From Pirellulales bacterium (lineage in GTDB: Bacteria; Planctomycetota; Planctomycetia; Pirellulales; PALSA-1355), in contig CAVTBU010000005.1 of NCBI GenBank assembly GCA_963733035.1, forward strand, positions 672,001 to 736,000: a stretch of DNA of 64,000 nt, read 5' to 3'. Positions 30,337-40,363 of the stretch are shown one piece after another (positions within the stretch are counted from its first letter, which is position 1; each line of letters starts with the position of its first letter). Below the pieces are notes generated by a model. The model searched no databases, was not told where the DNA came from, and saw nothing but the letters and a program-made list of their open reading frames with translations. The translations under genes were made by a program, and so were the position numbers.

Positions 30337-31710
30337 ATGAAAAAATACCCTGCGATCTGCATTCTCGGCGCGGGCATCAGCGGGATCACGATGATGAAGG
30401 CCCTCGGTGATCGGGGGATTCCCTTCACGACGTTCGAAAAGAGCGACCAGGTTGGCGGAAACTGGGTCTTCCGCAACAAGAACGGGATGTCGAGCGCTTA
30501 CCGCTCTCTGCACATCGATTCGTCGCGATATTCGATCGAGTTCGATGACTTTCCCTTCCCCGAACATTATCCAGACTTTCCGCACCATACGCAGATCGCG
30601 GCGTACTTCCGAGCGTATGCCGAACACTTCGGGCTGCTCGACAAGGTGTGTTACAACACGGGCGTCGAGCGAGCCCAGCGTGACGAGCGCGGCGGTTGGC
30701 AAATCACGCTCGAGACGGGCGAGAAGCGGCACTTCGATTTGCTCATTGTCGCCAACGGTCACCACTGGGACGCGCGCTGGCCAGAGCCGCCTTTTCCCGG
30801 GCACTTTGACGGAATCCAAATCCACTCGCACCAGTACATCGATGCTTTCACTCCGCACGACTTGCATGGCAAGCGGGTGCTGGTGGTGGGGATCGGCAAT
30901 AGCGCGATGGACATTGCGTGCGAACTGAGCCACCGCGGCGTCGCCAGCCGACTGGTGGTCTCCACGCGCCGCGGAGCGCACATCATTCCCAAGTACATCT
31001 TCGGTCGGCCGCTCGATGCGGTCATTCGCGTACGGCCCTGGCTGCCGCTGCGGCCACAGCGATTGCTGGGGTCGCTGTTGGTGCGATTGGCGGTGGGGCG
31101 CATGGAAAACTATGGCTTGCCGCGTCCGCGACAGCGAATCTGGCAAACACATCCCACCGTGTCGAGCGAATTCTTGATTCGCGTGGGCAGCGGCGACATT
31201 ACGGTTAAGCCAAACATTGCCGAATTGTGCGGCAGGGAAGTCCAGTTCGAAGACGGCGCTGGCGAAGCGTTCGACGCGATCATTTATGCAACCGGCTACA
31301 AGATATCGTTTCCGTTCTTCGGACCCGACGTGCTGGAGGTGACGGATAATCACTTCCCCCTTTTTAAACGAGCGTTTGTGCCGGGCCAAAATGATTTGAT
31401 CTTTGTCGGCTTCGCACAGGCCGTGCCGAGCATCATTAAGTTTGTTGAGATTCAAACGCGGTGGCTCGCGGCATACGTCGACGGCGAGTATGCCCTGCCG
31501 CAAGTGTCCGAGATGGAGCGCATCATGCAGCGCGACCAGCAACGGGCCAACGCCCACTTCGTCTCATCCAAACGACATACCATGCAGATCGACACGAACC
31601 TGTATGCTTGGGATTTGGCCAAAGAATGGAAACGAGGCGCCGCTCGAGTTGGTCGTCAGGGAAATCGCCTGGCGGTGGCCGACCGGCCCCTGCCGGCCTC
31701 GACGTCATAG
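30337..31710 (+). CDS. Flavin-containing monooxygenase (FMO-like)
   Basis: GAGISG, GGNW, FxGxxxHSxxY fingerprint (FDGIQIHSHQY), GIGNSAMD, ATGY. Confidence 0.88.
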   Translation: MKKYPAICILGAGISGITMMKALGDRGIPFTTFEKSDQVGGNWVFRNKNGMSSAYRSLHIDSSRYSIEFDDFPFPEHYPDFPHHTQIAAYFRAYAEHFGLLDKVCYNTGVERAQRDERGGWQITLETGEKRHFDLLIVANGHHWDARWPEPPFPGHFDGIQIHSHQYIDAFTPHDLHGKRVLVVGIGNSAMDIACELSHRGVASRLVVSTRRGAHIIPKYIFGRPLDAVIRVRPWLPLRPQRLLGSLLVRLAVGRMENYGLPRPRQRIWQTHPTVSSEFLIRVGSGDITVKPNIAELCGREVQFEDGAGEAFDAIIYATGYKISFPFFGPDVLEVTDNHFPLFKRAFVPGQNDLIFVGFAQAVPSIIKFVEIQTRWLAAYVDGEYALPQVSEMERIMQRDQQRANAHFVSSKRHTMQIDTNLYAWDLAKEWKRGAARVGRQGNRLAVADRPLPASTS

Positions 31711-31732
31711 GTCCTGTTCGGAGACGCAGGCG

Positions 31733-32581
31733 ATGAACATCATCGTGACGGGCGCCGCTAGTGGCATCGGCCGTCGGCTGGTCACGCGGCTTGCCGAAAT
31801 CGGACATAAGGTCATCGCCACCGACGTCAACGAAGCAGGCCTGGATGAGTCGGTTCAGCGTTGCGATTGGTCTCACGCAAGCGTTTTGCCGTGCCCACAC
31901 GATGTGACATCTCCACAGTCATGGACCGACTTGCTATCGCTCGCCGACGAACACTTTGGCGAGCTGGATGCGCTGGTCAATGTGGCGGGAGTGCTACGAT
32001 GTGAACCGGTGCATGAACTCAAGGCCGAAAGTGTTGCGCTGCAGATCGATGTCAACACGAAAGGGGTGATCCTGGGCACGCAGGCCGCGGCCGCCGCCAT
32101 GGTGCCGCGAAAACGGGGAAGAATCGTCAACGTCGCTTCCATGGCGGCCTTGGCGCCGATTCCCGGCATCGCCGTCTATTCGGCGAGCAAGTTCGCCGTG
32201 CGCGGTTTCTCGTTGGCTGCCGCGCAGGAATTGGAAGCCTCCGGCGTCCACGTGAGCGTGGTCTGTCCCGACGCGGTTGATACGCCGATGGTCGATTACC
32301 AGCTCGATCATGCCGGCGGAGCGATGACGTTCTCCGCGCCGCGAATCCTATCGGCGGACGAAGTGGCCAGCGCAATCGTTGATCTGCTAACGGGGAAGCC
32401 GCGTCTCGAAGTCTTGCTGCCTCGCAGCCGGGGTTGGCTGGCAAAGTTGAGCTCGCTCTTGCCGCGATTCGTCCAGCGTCGGATTACGGCCAGCCTCACG
32501 CGTAAGGGACTGGCGAGGCAGGCGCAACTGCGCGGTCAGCGCGATGCGAGCGGACGTGCGGCATCGATATCGATAAAATAG
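31733..32581 (+). CDS. Short-chain dehydrogenase/reductase
   Basis: TGAASGIG, NVAG, S-YSASK catalytic residues. Confidence 0.85.
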   Translation: MNIIVTGAASGIGRRLVTRLAEIGHKVIATDVNEAGLDESVQRCDWSHASVLPCPHDVTSPQSWTDLLSLADEHFGELDALVNVAGVLRCEPVHELKAESVALQIDVNTKGVILGTQAAAAAMVPRKRGRIVNVASMAALAPIPGIAVYSASKFAVRGFSLAAAQELEASGVHVSVVCPDAVDTPMVDYQLDHAGGAMTFSAPRILSADEVASAIVDLLTGKPRLEVLLPRSRGWLAKLSSLLPRFVQRRITASLTRKGLARQAQLRGQRDASGRAASISIK

Positions 32582-32817
32582 TGCGACCGCGTTGGTTGTC
32601 GTCGCAACTTCTGCCGACGTCGCCCACATAGCCAACGTTTGTCTCTCGGAGATTGCAAGTTGTCCGTCAGCTTGTTTTCGAGGGGCCAATTCTCTAAGAT
32701 TGGGCCGCTGGCGTTCGACCATGATCCGCTCCGCTCGCTGAGACGCGTTTTGCGGATTATTTGATCGAACTGCTCGCACACTCCGTTCGCCGCAACGATG
32801 CAACGAGCGAGGCCAGG

Positions 32818-33873
32818 ATGTCGGGAGTGGGGTTCGGAAGCTTGCTGATAATCGCGGCGGCGGATGCGTCGTTGCGCGATCTGTCCATCTTTGAGCCTGC
32901 CTCCTATTCCGCCAAGTCGATTGTCACGCTTTCGCTGCTGGCCTTTGTCGTCGCGGCGCTGATCTTCCTGGTGGTTGAGGGGATCCTCTTTTACACGGTT
33001 TTCCGCTTCCGGCACCGGGGCCGGGCGGGCGGTTCGCATACGGCGCAGTCCCAGACCAGCGAGCCGCCGCAGGTCTACGGCAGCAACCCGATCGAAATCG
33101 CCTGGACGGTTGCGCCGACGATGATCGTCTTCTTTCTTGTGCTGGTGACGGCCCGCACATTGTGGGAAGTCAACGCCGCACCGCCAAGCACGGAAACTGA
33201 AGCGGGCATGCTGGAAGTGACCGTGATCGGCCGGCAGTGGTGGTGGGAGTACCAATACAAATCGTATGACGGCCGGGAGCTCAAGTTCATCACGGCCAAC
33301 GAATTGCACATTCCGGTCAGCGATGATGATCAGGTACGTCCGACCAAGCTGACGCTCGAATCGGCCGACGTCTGCCATAGTTTTTGGGTGCCGCGGCTGG
33401 ATGGCAAGATGGACGTCATTCCCGGCCTGCACAACACGCTCTGGCTGCAGACGAAGGAAACGGGGCTCTTCCTTGGCCAATGCGCCGAGTATTGCGGCAC
33501 GCAGCATGCACACATGTTGTTGCGGGTCGTCGTGGAAACGCCTGAGTCGTTTGAGAACTGGCTCGCCAACCAGGCGCAAACGGCCGTCGAAGATCCGGCG
33601 GTCGCCGAAGGAAGGCAGGTGTTTCTTTCTGAATCATGCGTCAACTGCCATCGCATTCGCGGCACGCCGGCCGCGGGCAACTATGCACCGGACCTGACGC
33701 ACTTGATGAGCCGCCAAACGATCGCCGCCGGCATCATCGCCCTTGACGCCCACACGCTGGAGCGTTGGGTTCACGATCCGCAGGATATCAAGCCTGGTTG
33801 CCTGATGCCGGCATTTGGCCTGGACCGGAAAAAGGAAGACCTGATTGTTCGCTACTTGCTAACCCTGCATTGA
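32818..33873 (+). CDS. coxB: Cytochrome c oxidase subunit II with C-terminal cytochrome c (caa3 type)
   Basis: IEIAWT, QWWWEY, DVCHSFWVP, CAEYCGTQHAHM (CuA), CVNCH heme c, PGCLMP. Confidence 0.92.
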   Translation: MSGVGFGSLLIIAAADASLRDLSIFEPASYSAKSIVTLSLLAFVVAALIFLVVEGILFYTVFRFRHRGRAGGSHTAQSQTSEPPQVYGSNPIEIAWTVAPTMIVFFLVLVTARTLWEVNAAPPSTETEAGMLEVTVIGRQWWWEYQYKSYDGRELKFITANELHIPVSDDDQVRPTKLTLESADVCHSFWVPRLDGKMDVIPGLHNTLWLQTKETGLFLGQCAEYCGTQHAHMLLRVVVETPESFENWLANQAQTAVEDPAVAEGRQVFLSESCVNCHRIRGTPAAGNYAPDLTHLMSRQTIAAGIIALDAHTLERWVHDPQDIKPGCLMPAFGLDRKKEDLIVRYLLTLH

Positions 33874-33894
33874 ACGAGAAGACGCGGAACCGAT

Positions 33895-35555
33895 ATGGCT
33901 GTTGTCGACCACAAAGTTGATCTGCAAAGTGCGGCCGAAGATGCACGGTTGGGGTTACCGTCGATCTTGCACGAGTGGACGACAACGGTTGATCACAAGA
34001 AGCTCGGCGTCATGTACGTGCTGATGGCGGTCGTGTTTCTGGTGATCGGCGGCATCGAGGCCCTGCTCATGCGTTTGCAGCTTTGGAACGCGAATGCCGA
34101 CCTGGTGGGCCCCGACTTGTTCAACCAACTGTTCACGATGCACGGCACGACGATGGTCTTCTTCGTCGGGATGCCAATTCTGATCGGCATGGGCAACTAC
34201 CTGGTACCGCTGATGATCGGCGCGCGCGACATGGCTTTTCCACGGCTGAATGCCCTGGGACTGTGGACGACGCTGTTCGGTGGCATTCTCGTATATTGCA
34301 GCTTCGCCACCGGGGGCGCGCCCGCGTTGGGGTGGTTCGCCTACGCGCCGCTCACCGAAACGACGTTTGCCCGCAGCGCGGCCACGGACTTTTGGGCGCT
34401 GGGCCTAATTACCACCGGCGTCGGCACGCTGGCCGCCGCGGTGAACTTCGTGGCCACGATCCTGGGCATGCGCGCCCCGGCATGACGCTTCGCAAGCTCC
34501 CGTTTTTCACCTGGACGATGCTGTGGACGAGCTTCCAGATTTTACTGGCCATTCCGCCGTTGACGGCCGGCCTGGTGATGGTGTTGTTCGATCGTGAATT
34601 GGGGGCCCACTTTTTCGACGTGCAAAACGGCGGCTCGGCGATTTTCTGGCAGCATTTGTTTTGGTTCTTCGGACATCCGGAAGTTTATATCCTGATTCTG
34701 CCGGTGTTCGGCATGGTCTCGGAGATTATTCCGGTCTTCTCGCGAAAAGTGCTGTTCGGTTATGAGTTCATGGCGGCGGCCACGATGGCGATTGCCTTTA
34801 TCAGCCTCGGCGTGTGGGCGCACCACATGTTCTGCGTCGGCATGAGCCGCACGGTCGATCTGTTTTTCGTCGTCGCCAGTCTTCTCGTATCCGTTCCCAC
34901 GGGCATCAAGTTCTTCAATTGGCTGGCCACGATGTTCGGCGGGCGGTTGTGGTTTGCCTCGCCGATGTTGTTTTCGTTTGGTTTTTTGTCGATGTTTCTG
35001 ATTGGCGGGTTGACCGGCATCATGCTGGCGCTGGCGCCGTTCGACTTCCAACTGTCCGACAGCTACTTCGTGGTGGGGCATTTTCACTGGGTGTTGATTG
35101 GCGGCACGCTGTTCGGCACGTTTGCCGGCATTCACTATTGGTATCCGAAGGTGACCGGCCGCATGCTTTCGGAACGGCTGGCGCGGTGGCAATTCTGGCT
35201 GCTCTATATCGGCTTCTTTCTGACGTTTGGCCCAATGCACGTTTCTGGCATGCTGGGCATGCCGCGGCGGATCTTCACGTATGAACCGGATCGGGCCTGG
35301 GAATTGTGGAACCAGATGGCCACGGTCGGAGCGTTCATTCAGGCCCCCAGCTACTTGATCTTTGTCTACAACCTGCTGGTGTCCTTAAAAAACGGCACGC
35401 CCGCTGGTGACGATCCCTGGGACGCATGGACGCTCGAATGGACGACCAGTTCACCGCCGCCGGGCTACAACTTTGAATCCATTCCCACCGTGCACAGCCG
35501 GCGTCCGCTGTGGGACCTAAAACACCCGGACGACCCCGACTGGCAATACGAATAG
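33895..35555 (+). CDS. coxA: Cytochrome c oxidase subunit I, A1 type (frameshift near 34478)
   Basis: TVDHK, TMHGT, DMAFPRLN in the first frame; WFFGHPEVY, WAHH, HFH, GMPRR in the second; the join restores MRAPGMT. Confidence 0.92.
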
Positions 35556-35565
35556 CGAAGCGACC

Positions 35566-36195
35566 GTGAATAACCACGCCGAGATTTATGACACGCAGGG
35601 CGGCCCGGTGACGAACTTGCCGGTTCCGCCGGATGTCGTGCCAGAACATAACTTGAGTGCGCCCGAATGGGGAATGCTCAGCTTCCTCCTGTCGGAAGTC
35701 GCATTCTTCACCACGCTTATTGTCGCCTACGTGATGTTCAAAGGCACCGACACGGTGGGGCCGACACCCGGCGAAGTGCTCTCGCTCCATTTGGTAATCG
35801 GCACGACGGCCTGTCTGCTGTCGAGCAGCGTCACGGTCCATTTCGCCACGCACGCGCTTACCGGTGGACATGCGACGCGATTCCGGCTGCTGTGGACCGC
35901 CACGATTGCGCTGGGCGTCGCGTTTTTGCTTGGCACGGGGTACGAATGGTACGGTCTGATTGTTAACGACCATTTGACAATCAGCCGCAACCTGTTTGGC
36001 ACGACGTTCTATACGCTCGTAGGCTTTCACGCCCTGCACGTCTCGGTGGGCGTGCTCATGATGTCCATCATTCTCGTACTCGCGCTCGTGCGTCAGATTG
36101 GCCCGCAGCACACATTGGCGCCCCATCTAGTTTCCTGGTATTGGCATTTTGTCGACGCCGTCTGGATCGTTGTCTTCAGCGTGGTGTACTTGTAA
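35566..36195 (+). CDS. coxC: Cytochrome c oxidase subunit III
   Basis: FLLSEVAFF, LLSSS, YEW, FYTLVGFHALHV, YWHFVDAVW. Confidence 0.9.
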   Translation: MNNHAEIYDTQGGPVTNLPVPPDVVPEHNLSAPEWGMLSFLLSEVAFFTTLIVAYVMFKGTDTVGPTPGEVLSLHLVIGTTACLLSSSVTVHFATHALTGGHATRFRLLWTATIALGVAFLLGTGYEWYGLIVNDHLTISRNLFGTTFYTLVGFHALHVSVGVLMMSIILVLALVRQIGPQHTLAPHLVSWYWHFVDAVWIVVFSVVYL

Positions 36196-36211
36196 ACGTC
36201 GCAATTAACGC

Positions 36212-37484
36212 ATGGCCGACTCTCCCCCCACCACCGAAGTTCATGAAGCCGGCGTCGAGATGCCGCAATCAACGGCCGCGCCACTCGTGCTTGCACTCGG
36301 CATTTCGCTGTTGGCGGTCGGTTGGGCCACGAATGTTACGTTCGTGATCGTGGGGGCAGTGCTGTTCGTCGCCGGACTAGGCTCTTGGATTTCCCACCTG
36401 CTGCCCGGTCGGGGGCACGCAATCGAACCGCTGGCCGAACCCGCGCGGCGTGCCCACGCTGCTGAACCAAAAGTTGGCACGGTGGACCGACTGCGCCGCG
36501 GCATGCCAGGGCACCGACTGCGATTGCCAGAAAAAATGCATCCCATTTCGGCGGGCGTGAAGGGGGGCATCGTCGGTGGGATCGTGATGCCGTTGCCGGC
36601 CATGATCTACGGCGTCATGAGCGGGCACGGCATCTGGCTGCCAATCAACCTGCTGGCGGGCATGGTTCTGCCGGGAGTCGAGCGGCTGAGCCTGGAACAA
36701 TTGGACCGCTTTGACCCGACACTATTGACCGTGGGTGCCGTGATTCACGCGACCATATCCGTGACGTTTGGGTTGTTGTATGGCGTTTTGTTACCGACAT
36801 TGCCAACCATCTCGCGGCCGCTGGCTTGGGGCGCTATTGATGCCACTGTTGTGGACGGCCGCCAGCTTCTTGGCCACCACCATGGTCGATCCGACCGTTC
36901 GCGGCCTGATCGACTGGCCCTACTTCGTATTGTCGCAGTTTGTTTTTGGCGTTGTGGCTGCTTTGGTAGTCATGCTGTTCGATCCACAGCGACACGTTCT
37001 AGGAGGCCTCGTCGGTGGCATCGTGGGAGGCGTGTTGATGGTGGTACCCGCCATGCTGTGGGGCTATCTATCAGGTCACGGCATCTGGTATCCGGTGAAC
37101 TTACTGGTCGTCATGGCGTTGCCCCAGGGAGATGCGCTGTCGGTCGACGATATCGAACAGTATCATGCCAACTGGTTCGCCACGGCGACGGTCCTGCACG
37201 CCACGCTGTCGATCGGTTTCGGCCTGCTGTATGGCCTATTGCTGCGGCGATTGCCGCGCATTCCAGGGCCCTTCGCCTGGGGCGCGATGATGATGCCGCT
37301 GCTCTGGACCGCGACGAGCTACGCCATGATGGGCGTTGTCAATCCGGTGCTACAAGAGCGGGTCGATTGGCCGTGGTTCGTCGTGTCGCAGTTTGTCTAT
37401 GGTCTGGCGGTGGCGATTGTCGTCGTGCGATCCGAGCAGGTGTTCATCGCGCCTGCCGGCCAAGCAGCGAAAGGCGAACGATGA
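36212..37484 (+). CDS. Polytopic membrane protein with subunit-IV-like N-terminus and an internally duplicated 4-TM module (frameshift near 36830)
   Basis: MPQSTAAPLVLALG hairpin, then two copies of GGxxGG..M..PAM..G..SGHGIW.P.NLL...HAT.S..FGLLYG.LL...WGA..MPLLWTA....DWP.FV.SQFV.G. Confidence 0.7.
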
Positions 37485-38248
37485 GACGTGCCGAGCAAGC
37501 AACCAAGACTTGGCTATGGGCAATGCTGATCGCCTGCGCCGCCGGCTGCCACGACGAGCTACCAGGAAAGCCCAATCCGGCAAATCGCCCCAAGACGCCG
37601 GCGCAGATCACAGATTTCTCATTCCTGTATCGCCAGAATTGCAGCGGCTGCCATGGCGCCGACGGAAAACTGGGGCCAGCGCCGCCGCTGAACGACCCGC
37701 TCTTTCTGGCGATCGTGCCAGACGACGTGCTGGTCGACGTGATCACGCATGGCCGCTCGGGCACGCCAATGCCGGCCTTCGCCCGCCGACTCGAAGGCGC
37801 ACTCACCGACGAACAAATCAAGATCATTGCCGACGGACTTAAGAAAGATTGGGCATCAGACAAGATACTTACCGTCAATCTTCCGCCCTACGAGCTTTCC
37901 CAGGTGGAATCGGCCGCTACGGAAGCATCGATCGAACGGGGCGAGAAGATTTTTTCCCAGGTTTGCGCGTCATGTCACGGCAAACAAGGCGCTGGTTCCG
38001 ACCACGGCGAATCCCCCGGCCGCATTAACGACTCAGCGCTGCTGACGCTGTTCAGCGACCAGGTGTTGCGGCGGATCATCATCACAGGTCGACCTGATCT
38101 GGGAATGCCTGATTTCTCCAGCGACGAGGGGCGCGACGGCGACTTCAAGCCGCTGACATCCGAACAAATCGATGACCTGGTGGCGTTACTTGCCCACTGG
38201 CGGTCCGGCTCGCCCAAAGTTGCCGCGGCCGACGCTCAACGTGAATAG
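37481..38248 (+). CDS. Di-heme c-type cytochrome lipoprotein
   Basis: Lipobox-like CAAG-C; CSGCH and CASCH, each followed by G..MP distal Met; ATGA overlap with the upstream gene. Confidence 0.85.
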   Translation: MRRAEQATKTWLWAMLIACAAGCHDELPGKPNPANRPKTPAQITDFSFLYRQNCSGCHGADGKLGPAPPLNDPLFLAIVPDDVLVDVITHGRSGTPMPAFARRLEGALTDEQIKIIADGLKKDWASDKILTVNLPPYELSQVESAATEASIERGEKIFSQVCASCHGKQGAGSDHGESPGRINDSALLTLFSDQVLRRIIITGRPDLGMPDFSSDEGRDGDFKPLTSEQIDDLVALLAHWRSGSPKVAAADAQRE

Positions 38249-38267
38249 CTAGTTTCGAGACGAAATC

Positions 38268-38822
38268 ATGGACACGAAATTGCACCAAGGGGATTCGCCA
38301 ACGGACGTCACCGCGCCTCAGCGCCGAAGTTTTCTGGGAATGCTGGCGACAGGCCTCGGCGTCATCGCCGCAGCGTTGGTCGCGGTGCCGTTTGTCGGGT
38401 CGGTGCTTGGCAACCGCAAGCGAAAAGTCTATTGGGTCGATCTCGGACCAACGTCCGACTTTGACCTGCATCAAACACGACTCGTTACGTTTGACAACCC
38501 GCTGCGTCAGCCATGGGACGGCGTAACCTCGCAAACCGGCGTGTACGTCCGCTACCAGGGAGCCGAAGTAAAAGACACCGAGCAGTTCCTGGTCCTCAGT
38601 GTCAATTGCGCCCACCTGGGTTGTCCGGTATCCTGGTTTCCGCAATCGGAATTGTTCCTCTGCCCCTGCCATGGCGGCGTCTATTACTCCAACGGCGCGC
38701 ACGCTTCTGGCCCGCCGCCGCGAGGGCTCTACCACTGCGTGTGGCGGGTGCGCGACGGCAAACTTCAGGTTCAAGCACCGCACTACCCCACGCTGCACGA
38801 CACGTTGCAGCAACCGGCCTAA
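38268..38822 (+). CDS. qcrA: Rieske 2Fe-2S subunit of a bc-type complex
   Basis: Tat motif RRSFL + TM; CAHLGC and CPCHGGVY; GPPPRGL. Confidence 0.9.
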   Translation: MDTKLHQGDSPTDVTAPQRRSFLGMLATGLGVIAAALVAVPFVGSVLGNRKRKVYWVDLGPTSDFDLHQTRLVTFDNPLRQPWDGVTSQTGVYVRYQGAEVKDTEQFLVLSVNCAHLGCPVSWFPQSELFLCPCHGGVYYSNGAHASGPPPRGLYHCVWRVRDGKLQVQAPHYPTLHDTLQQPA

Positions 38823-38842
38823 GAGTTCCAAGGAACGGCAGC

Positions 38843-40363
38843 ATGTGGCACCTTTTAAAACGCATTGGAACCTGGTTTGATCGGCGACTGGCCGTCAGCG
38901 AGGTGATACTGCCGACGATGCGACACCCGGTGCCCCGCGCCGTCGACAGCGCGATGGGTTGGTGGTATGTGTTCGGTAGCGCCTCGCTGACGTTTCTGTT
39001 GATCCAGATCCTCACGGGCATCGGACTGGCCATGACCTACGTGCCAGCCGCGAATGAAGCCTATGACAGCCTGTTGTATTTGGACTACGAACAACCGTGG
39101 GGATGGTTTCTACGAGCACTGCACTACTACGCCGGTTCCGGCATGGTCGTAATGGTACTGGTGCATATGACGCAAGTGTTTCTGCAAGGTGCCTACAAAT
39201 ATCCCCGCGAACTGACTTGGATCGTAGGCGTCTTTCTGCTGGTCTGCGTAATGGGCATGTTCTTCAGCGGGCAAATCCTCCGTTGGGATCCCGATGCCTA
39301 CTGGGGGCTGGCCGTGGCTGGGTCGATGGCAGGTCGCGTACCGCTGGTCGGGCCGCAGGTCGTGCACGCCCTGCTCGGCGGCGATATCATCGGCGCTTCG
39401 TCGTTGAGCCGGTTCTTCACCTTGCACGTATTCGTCATTCCCGGCGCGCTGCTCGGATTGTTGGCAGTGCACTTGTGGCTGGTGCTCAAGTGCGGTATCA
39501 GCGCTCCGCCGGTTCGCGGCGTGACGGTCGACCCGAGTACTTACGACAAGCAGTACGATCAGGAGTTGAAAGCGGGCGTTCCGTTTTTGGGCGATGCCCT
39601 GTGGAAGGATATTTTCTTCTCGGCGTTGGCCACGATTATCGTCGTGGTAATTGCGGCCGTGGTGGGGCCCAAGGGACCAAGCGAGCCTCCCGACCCAACG
39701 CTAGGCGGGGCGAACCCGCGACCCGAATGGCCGTTTCTGTGGCTGTTTGCCATGCTGGCTCTCAGCCCTCGCGACGTTGAAACGTTCATCATGTTGGTGT
39801 TTCCGGTCGTAGTGATTGGCATCCTGTTGCTGGTGCCGTTCGTCAGCAATCGAGGCGAACGAGCACCGAGTCGACGGCCCGTGGCGGTGTTGGTGGTCAT
39901 CGTGACCTACACGACGATTGGCGTGTTGACATATCTGGGAGCGACCGCCCCTTGGTCGCCGAAGATGGACGCCTGGACTGGCGATCCGGTGCCCATTGCC
40001 ATGGTGAAGCAGAGCAACGTTTCGGAATTGGTCGGCGGCGCCGTTTTTCAATACAAGAATTGTCGCAACTGTCACGCGTTGGACGGCATTGGCGGACGCC
40101 GTGGCCCCGACTTGACGACGGTTGGCGCGCGTTTGACTCGCGATCAATTGATCGATCAGATCAGCAACGGCACGCCCGGTGGTGGTCTGATGCCGGCGTT
40201 TGGAAAGCAGATCACGCCGGCACAAATGACAATCCTGGTTGATTTTCTGGTCGGTCTCCGTCCCGAGGGACAGCCCCCCGCTGGCTGGTCGACCCCGGGT
40301 CCATCTCTTGGAATGGAACCGGAGTCGGCCGAGAAGGACGAACCTTCGCCCAATGCGTCATGA
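38843..40363 (+). CDS. qcrB: Cytochrome b (b6 + subunit IV) fused to C-terminal cytochrome c
   Basis: QILTG, ALHYY...VH, YKYPRELTW, RFFTLH...VH, PEWP, then CRNCH...GPDL...LMPAF. Confidence 0.88.
   Translation: MWHLLKRIGTWFDRRLAVSEVILPTMRHPVPRAVDSAMGWWYVFGSASLTFLLIQILTGIGLAMTYVPAANEAYDSLLYLDYEQPWGWFLRALHYYAGSGMVVMVLVHMTQVFLQGAYKYPRELTWIVGVFLLVCVMGMFFSGQILRWDPDAYWGLAVAGSMAGRVPLVGPQVVHALLGGDIIGASSLSRFFTLHVFVIPGALLGLLAVHLWLVLKCGISAPPVRGVTVDPSTYDKQYDQELKAGVPFLGDALWKDIFFSALATIIVVVIAAVVGPKGPSEPPDPTLGGANPRPEWPFLWLFAMLALSPRDVETFIMLVFPVVVIGILLLVPFVSNRGERAPSRRPVAVLVVIVTYTTIGVLTYLGATAPWSPKMDAWTGDPVPIAMVKQSNVSELVGGAVFQYKNCRNCHALDGIGGRRGPDLTTVGARLTRDQLIDQISNGTPGGGLMPAFGKQITPAQMTILVDFLVGLRPEGQPPAGWSTPGPSLGMEPESAEKDEPSPNAS

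Noticed and set aside
36212..38248. 678-aa ORF implying a membrane protein-cytochrome c fusion
   Set aside because: The middle part is out-of-frame nonsense caused by a frameshift; the real reading is two genes with an ATGA overlap at 37481-37484.
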